From contig CAYGJE010000001.1 of assembly GCA_964350215.1 (NCBI GenBank), positions 1-40,023 on the forward strand: a DNA stretch of 40,023 nucleotides, written 5' to 3'. A program made the translations under genes and the position numbers. Under the pieces are notes generated by a model. It worked only from the letters and a program-made list of their open reading frames with translations. It was not told the origin of the DNA and ran no database searches. The DNA comes from an uncultured Candidatus Saccharibacteria bacterium. GTDB taxonomy: Bacteria > Patescibacteriota > Minisyncoccia > UBA6257 > JAKLIH01. Shown piece after piece: positions 34,986 to 40,023 of this stretch. Every line of letters starts with the position of its first letter. Within the stretch, counting starts at the first letter, position 1.

Positions 34986-36638
34986 TTATTTTCTAAAAAT
35001 GTTCTTTATCATATCCGACAATCCTTGGCTGTCGATTTTGTCTTTGATCTCTTTTCTCTTTTTTTCTATATCAATGTTTGTTTTGGGTGGGCGGCAATCT
35101 TCTCTTGGGGTATTTGAAAATCTTGTGTCTTGAAAAGATTGGCCACTTGGCTGTTGGCTTGGATAGTTATCATTGCTCATGGCTTGCTTTTTTGCCTTTA
35201 CTTCTTCAAAACATTCGTTGCAATAGACATTTTTGGATGGATCGGGCTTAAATGGCACAAGCGCTGGTTTTTTGCATTTGGAGCACACCACTTCTCAATA
35301 TTCGGTCTTGCTTTGAGTGCGTGGGTTTATATTGGATGGTGCAAATTCAAGAGCACTTCATTTTTTGATTTCTTTTTCCACCTCTTCCCTTTCTTTGGCA
35401 TATAGATTTCGGGAATTTTCAACTATTTCATTTTTGTAACTTATTTCATAAGGAGCAAGCGGTGGCTCACCATTTGCAGAAAAAGAATTTGAAGGCATGC
35501 CATCGATTAGATATTTGATATAAAAATGATAGTTGGGAATGTTAATCAGATCATTGGCGTTGAAATCAGGATGAAATTGTTTTTCTAGTGCGCTGGCATC
35601 ATCTGGGCCAATACGAAAAGAGATCATGGCACCAACGTTACCAAAAACAGCATCTTTTACTTTGTCGCTTAGCTGCTTGATATATTGATGAGTCAATATT
35701 AAGCTAAGATTGTATTTTCTGGCCTCAGATAAAATGTTGGCAAAAGATTCAGTGGAAAAAGTTTGAAACTCATCGATATACAAATAAAAGGCCTTGCGGT
35801 CTTCAAATGGCATGTCGGCACGAGACATGGCTGCCAACTGAATCTTGGTGACAATCAATGCGCCAAGAAGAGTGGTGTTTTCTTCACCAATCAAACCCTT
35901 TGACAAATTGACAATCAAAATCTTACCTTCGTCCATAATTTTACGAGGGTCGATATTACTTTCTAGCTGTCCGATAATGTTTCTTATAAGTGGATTGGAT
36001 ATAAACTGCCCTACTTTGTTTTGGATTGGAGCGATGGCTTCTCTTCGGAATTTTTGATCATATTTGTCAAATTCGTTGGTTCAAAACGCCTTGACTGTTG
36101 GGTCAGAAACTTTTTGAACAACATCTTGACGATAACTGTCGTCAGCCAACATACGATTGATACTAAGAAGTGTGGCGTTTGGATATTCCAATAAAGCCAA
36201 TATGGCATTGTTGAGAATATATTCCATACGAGCTGACCACACATCTGGCCAGATTTTTTTAAATACTGCCATAAGACCAGAGCTAACTATATGTCTAACT
36301 TCAATAGGAACTTGTTCCACAATGTTGAAAGCAATAGGTCATTCGATGTCAGCTGGATTGAAGTACACCACATCTTTTATTCTTTCCTTGGGAACATAAT
36401 TGATAATTTTGTCGGCTAATTCGCCATGTGGATCCACAATGGCAATGCCGTGATTTTTCATGATATCTGAAAAACACATGTTTTCGATAAAGGTGGATTT
36501 GCCGGTACCGCTTTTACCAATGATATACATGTGGTATTTGCGGTCGTTTTTTTTGATGCCAAATTTAACCTTGTTGGCACGAAAATTGGTGGTGCCTAAT
36601 ACAGTCAAGTCGTCGTTATTGTTTGGTGGTTTGGGCAT
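34986..36638 (-). CDS. VirD4/TraG-like (type IV coupling protein family) P-loop ATPase with C-terminal CxxC..CxxC zinc ribbon (550 aa, 4 in-frame TGA)
   Basis: Walker A GKSGTGKST and Walker B LYIDEFQ. ORFs 36339..36638, 36081..36320, 35358..35936 and 34986..35291 are all in one frame, separated only by TGA. C-terminal CSKCKKPALVPFKPDPSKNVYCNEC. Confidence 0.8.
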
Positions 36639-36664
36639 AAGAAAATATATTAAAAATGTTTAAA

Positions 36665-37933
36665 TTATTCCATAATAATAGGTAGGTTTGGAGGAGGAGC
36701 TGTTTCTTTGCTCTTGATGTATACCACAGATTGCACAGACACTCTTTGAAATGGAAAATGGTAAATAGCAGCTATTTCTTCGGAGTTCAATACAAAAATT
36801 TTCTTTTCGTTGGTGCGTTTAATCACTCTTTGATAAAAATCATTTTTCATTTGTTGTTCTACTTTGGCTTTAGAAAATTGAGCCAATCATTTGTTTAGAG
36901 CGCCTTCCACTTTTTGCTCTATACCTTTGTCGGCTATGGCATCAAAAGAATTTTGAGACGTGGTGGCAAATTGTTTTACAAACATAAGCAAAGCGTTTGG
37001 CACAAATTTTTGAAAACCTTCTTTGGGTGCAACGTACGCAACCCTAAAATTGCAAGCAAAAGTTCCAAAATCATTTTTTTGTTTTAACAAGTCAGCCATC
37101 TTTTTGTCGTCGGCTGATGGCTCCTTTTTTTCTTCTTTCTTCTCTTCCTTTTTTTCTTCTCCTTCGGTGAAGGCCTTTAGCATATCTTTGAGAATACCAG
37201 TGCCAATTTCTGCGAAGTGCTGAGAAGCAGTTTTCTTTGGTTCAGGGGCCTTGCCTAAGAGCTTGCCGGTTACCATACCAGAACTTTCTTTGTATTTGGC
37301 TTTTTCTGGATCAGAAAGTGGCCTGACTACTAGTTGGGCAATCATGACTCCTTGATAATCAGCTCTATCGGCTGTCTCGGCCAATATGGATATTGGATCG
37401 ATTATCTTGCTATCGTCATCACTGACAATGTCTTTTTCAATGGTTTTTATTTTGTAGATGTCTTCTTTTTTGAGCTTGTATTCTTCGCCTCACACATCAA
37501 AAGAAACATTGGGAATGTTTGGTGCCAATGTGGAAAGCACATCAGTGACTTCAGCAATTCTGATGTCTGGGTATTGAGAATAAATGCCAACTTCCACCAA
37601 ATCTTTTAATGACTTTGGTGTGATACAAAAATATCTAAGCTGGTTTTTGAAACATATGATTTCAAATATGATAGTTTTGCCGTCTTTGATCTTTATGTTT
37701 TTAAGATTTTCAAAAAAGTTTTTCATGGAAGTCACTGGTTGTTTGAAACTGTCTTGAGAAAAGGTTATTTCCAAAAAAACTCTTGGATCTTCGTCGGACT
37801 TGGCGGTGAGTTTTTTGTATTCTTTAAAAAACTTTTTGATATATACAAAAAGAGCTAGTGGTATGATTAGCCACCAAAACTCTCTTAGTATTATTGTTGA
37901 AAATTCGATAATTTTTGATAAAAAATTTATCAT
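36665..37933 (-). CDS. membrane-anchored partner protein of the VirD4-like ATPase (422 aa, 2 in-frame TGA)
   Basis: ORFs 37490..37933, 36887..37384 and 36665..36886 are in the same frame across TGA. N-terminal TM helix, EK-rich linker, C-terminal ..EEIAAIYHFP.. motif. Confidence 0.65.
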
Positions 37934-37943
37934 TTATTGCTTT

Positions 37944-39047
37944 TTAGGCGCTCAAAACCGGTAAATCGTTGATGTCTTGATCGTTTTTAAGCGTTGCTTT
38001 TAATTGATATTTGCCGTTGGCAGTTTTTTCGAAACATTTGTTGTTTCTTAGGTTGAACCTAATGGTGTTTTCTTTAGCCATTCTTTGCTCTTGAACTTTT
38101 GTGATCAATTCGTCTTCTGAAAGTGCATTGTTGTTGCTGGCTTGGAAAATGTTGGCAATAATATCTTTGATAACTCCTTTGCTGTAGCCCCATTCTGCTA
38201 AAGCATAATGACCATGCCCTATCAAAACAAAGCGATCGTCTTTGATAAGCTCATTGTGAACTGTTTGCACACTGACAATCTTTTTCTTTTTGTTGGTTGT
38301 TTGGTTGATGATGATGTCTTCGTGCTCTTTGATGTAGTTGGTGAGAGCTTTAAAATGAACTGGCTTTTTGAGATAGTATTTCATTAAGAAATAGGCCTTG
38401 TCACGAGCATTGAGTGGATTGATGATTGATCATGAAATCAAACCATATTGTCCAAAAGGATTGGCGCCTATTCTCTTGTAGGTGTGCAACACATTGGCCA
38501 ATTGTTTGGTGGTGGTGGTTTGCTTTTTAATTTTGGCAAAAATTTCTTTGAGGGTCATTGGTTTTTGTTCTTTTTTCAAAATTGACTCTGCCTCTTCGGC
38601 TAGTTTTTTGATGCTGTCTAGTGACACGTTGGCAAAGCATCAAAATGGTTTGAAAAAGTTGTTGCCTGAGAAAAAATAAAAACTTTCATCCACTGACAAT
38701 AAAAAGTTAATGGATGAGTCCTTGATATCATCACCGTAGGTTTCTTTGAGGGAGTTGATAAAAGCAACGTTCTCTAAAACATTGCCATTTGATTTTAATA
38801 TCTTTTTGGCATTGTTGATAAAAGAAACATACATGGCTGACTTTTTTTGTTTTCTTATGGCGTCGAGTGATTCTTCTTGGATTTGTCTGATGCGTTCTCT
38901 GGTAACTTTAAACTCTTTGCCAATTGCATTAAAAGTCATGGCCTTTTCATCTTGAAGACCAAATCTTTTTTGTATGATAGTTTTTTCGCGACCAACCAAT
39001 GCTTTTGTCAAGTCATCGGTTAAAGTGTTGAGGTTGTTCTTTGGCAT
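37944..39047 (-). CDS. sigma-70 region-4-like HTH followed by two HARE-HTH-like domains (367 aa, 2 in-frame TGA)
   Basis: ..IIQKRFGL....MTFNAIGKEFKVTRERIRQIQEESL.. (region 4). ..GQYGLIS-W.. and ..GHGHYALAEWGY.. (HARE-HTH-like). Three track ORFs are in the same frame, joined by TGA 38640 and 38430. Confidence 0.7.
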
Positions 39048-39078
39048 AATAATGTATTAATGTTGTTATATTACCTAT

Positions 39079-39107
39079 AATATAACATAGTTATTTAAAT
39101 AAGTCAA
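39079..39107 (-). promoter_or_regulatory. promoter TTGACT-17-TATATT
   Basis: TTGACT 39102-39107 and TATATT 39079-39084. Confidence 0.55.
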
Positions 39108-39129
39108 GAGACGTCTTCGCCTTTTTGGT

Positions 39130-39693
39130 CTATGCTCTTTCAACATATTCGCCCCGATCGGTGTTGATTACTATGGAGTCATCTTGTTTGATAAACATGG
39201 GCACGTCCACTTCCAAATCGTTCTCAAGAAGCACTTTTTTCATGGCTCCGCTGGCAGTGTTGCCCTTGGCAGCACCTGGATCTTCTTTGACTTTGTAGGT
39301 GATTTTGATTGGCAAAATAAAACTAACTGGCTCTTCTTCCACATAGATGATATCTATTTGGATGTCTTTTTTAAGGTATTTTAGCTTTTCTTCGAATATC
39401 TCTGTTTTTAAGCTAAATCGTGATTTGTTTTTTTCATCAGTGAACACCACTTCCTTTTGGTTGTGATATACATAGATGGCCTTTTTTCTTTCGGATTCTA
39501 GCTCTTCGAATTTTTCATTTGATTTAAATGATATTTCTTTGGTGGCGTTGGTTTTAAGATTTTTGATTTTTGTTTGCATGAATGCCCCGCCCTTGCCTGG
39601 CTTCAAAAATGCATATTCTAAAATAATCCATGGTTGGTTTTCGTGTTTGATTATGGTGCCTTTTGAAAAATCTGATGTTGATATCATATACAA
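39130..39693 (-). CDS. efp: elongation factor P
   Basis: ..KPGKGGAF..TK.KN.. loop. Three-domain length. The true start may be the ATG at 39687 (MISTSDFSKG). Confidence 0.9.
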   Translation of the reverse strand: MYMISTSDFSKGTIIKHENQPWIILEYAFLKPGKGGAFMQTKIKNLKTNATKEISFKSNEKFEELESERKKAIYVYHNQKEVVFTDEKNKSRFSLKTEIFEEKLKYLKKDIQIDIIYVEEEPVSFILPIKITYKVKEDPGAAKGNTASGAMKKVLLENDLEVDVPMFIKQDDSIVINTDRGEYVERA

Positions 39694-39864
39694 AGTTTAT
39701 TTTTTAAAAATTGAAAAACGATTGAAAATTTTTATATACAAAATATAATAAAGTGGAAAATATAATTACCAATACAAGTGTTATGATTTTTTGCATATAT
39801 AAATTTTATTATATATCTATGTTATCACAAAAAATATAAATTTTCAAATCATTCCCAAAAACTA

Positions 39865-39893
39865 TTGACTTTTGCTCATATTTGTAGTAAACT
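39865..39893 (+). promoter_or_regulatory. tRNA promoter TATTGACT-17-TAAACT
   Basis: TTGACT 39865-39870 and TAAACT 39888-39893, 20 nt before the tRNA 5' end. Confidence 0.6.
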
Positions 39894-39913
39894 AACACTG
39901 TTAAATAAATTCC

Positions 39914-39986
39914 GCCTCCATAGCTCAGCTGGTAGAGCAACAGCCTTTTAAGCTGATGGTCGCAGGTTCGAGTCCTGCTGGAGGCA
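39914..39986 (+). tRNA. tRNA-Lys (anticodon UUU), CCA not encoded
   Basis: Acceptor GCCTCCA/TGGAGGC, D-arm TAGCTCAGCTGGTAGAGC, anticodon loop CTTTTAA, T-arm GCAGGTTCGAGTCCTGC. Confidence 0.9.
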
Positions 39987-39990
39987 CAAA

Positions 39991-40019
39991 CCCAGCCACT
40001 TTAAGTGGCTGGGAATTTT
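39991..40019 (+). terminator. intrinsic terminator after tRNA-Lys
   Basis: CCCAGCCACT-tta-AGTGGCTGGG, followed by AATTTT. Confidence 0.8.
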
Positions 40020-40023
40020 CTAA

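Noticed and set aside
929-39047. Interpreting the many split r-protein, EF-G, SecY and other ORFs as pseudogenes or sequencing frameshifts.
   Set aside because: Every break is an in-frame TGA, never TAA, TAG or a frame change. The codon falls on conserved aromatic or Trp positions. This is recoding, not decay.
1716-39748. Numerous 60-118 aa plus-strand ORFs in the track, for example 2218..2526, 3026..3343, 4053..4349, 7041..7397, 10371..10688, 26410..26751, 30270..30551 and 34086..34397.
   Set aside because: All lie antisense to well-supported minus-strand genes. They have low-complexity Leu/Phe/Ser-rich translations and no promoter or start context. I read them as shadow ORFs of an AT-rich coding strand.
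39704-39796. 30-aa hydrophobic ORF (MQKIITLVLVIIFSTLLYFVYKNFQSFFNF) upstream of efp.
   Set aside because: It is plausible as a small membrane peptide, but it has no Shine-Dalgarno site and no conservation evidence, and the region is very AT-rich. Too weak to list as a feature.
1-40023. Genetic code 25 (UGA=Gly), as in Gracilibacteria and SR1.
   Set aside because: More than 15 TGA codons align with invariant Trp residues (EF-G, L4, L16, L2, S3, S7, S14, S17, S19, RhuM). Only the MTAP site (Ala/Gly position) would favour Gly.

Overview
Low-GC bacterial window, almost entirely transcribed on the minus strand. My central reading is that TGA is a sense codon (Trp, table-4-like). Every split between adjacent same-frame ORFs in the supplied track is a TGA. 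Reading through restores full-length proteins, with TGA sitting on invariant Trp positions of EF-G, L2, L4, L16, S3, S7, S14, S17 and S19. All real stops I checked are TAA or TAG.

After re-joining, the window holds one collinear translation super-operon: infA-rpmJ-rpsM-rpsK-rpsD-rpoA-rplQ-rplM-rpsI-rpsL-rpsG-fusA // tuf-rpsJ-rplCDWB-rpsS-rplV-rpsC-rplP-rpmC-rpsQ-rplNXE-rpsN-rpsH-rplFR-rpsE-rplO-secY. There is no L30, and no adk or map. To the right lie efp, a sigma-region-4/HARE-HTH protein, a VirD4-like ATPase with a membrane partner, and tRNA-Lys(UUU). Together with the extended r-proteins, this looks CPR/Patescibacteria-like, but that is inference only.

A roughly 12.5 kb accessory island (about 13.1-25.7 kb) splits fusA from tuf. 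It carries:
- an ABC-F ATPase;
- an operon of a small Cys-rich DUF397-like protein, a radical SAM/SPASM enzyme and an MTA/5'-deoxyadenosine phosphorylase;
- an unclassified structured RNA;
- an AbiEi/AbiEii cassette bracketed by 47-bp direct repeats;
- an HTH-Panacea (DUF4065) antitoxin with an unknown toxin and a convergent small RNA;
- ArfB, a RhuM-Fic protein and an AAA/DUF4143 ATPase.

Two gene styles coexist. Native-style genes have no Shine-Dalgarno sequence and use internal TGA. Five genes have strong GGAGG sites and no internal TGA, and one of them appears to end in TGA.

All product calls come from motif recognition by eye. No database search or computation was run. Coordinates include the stop codon.
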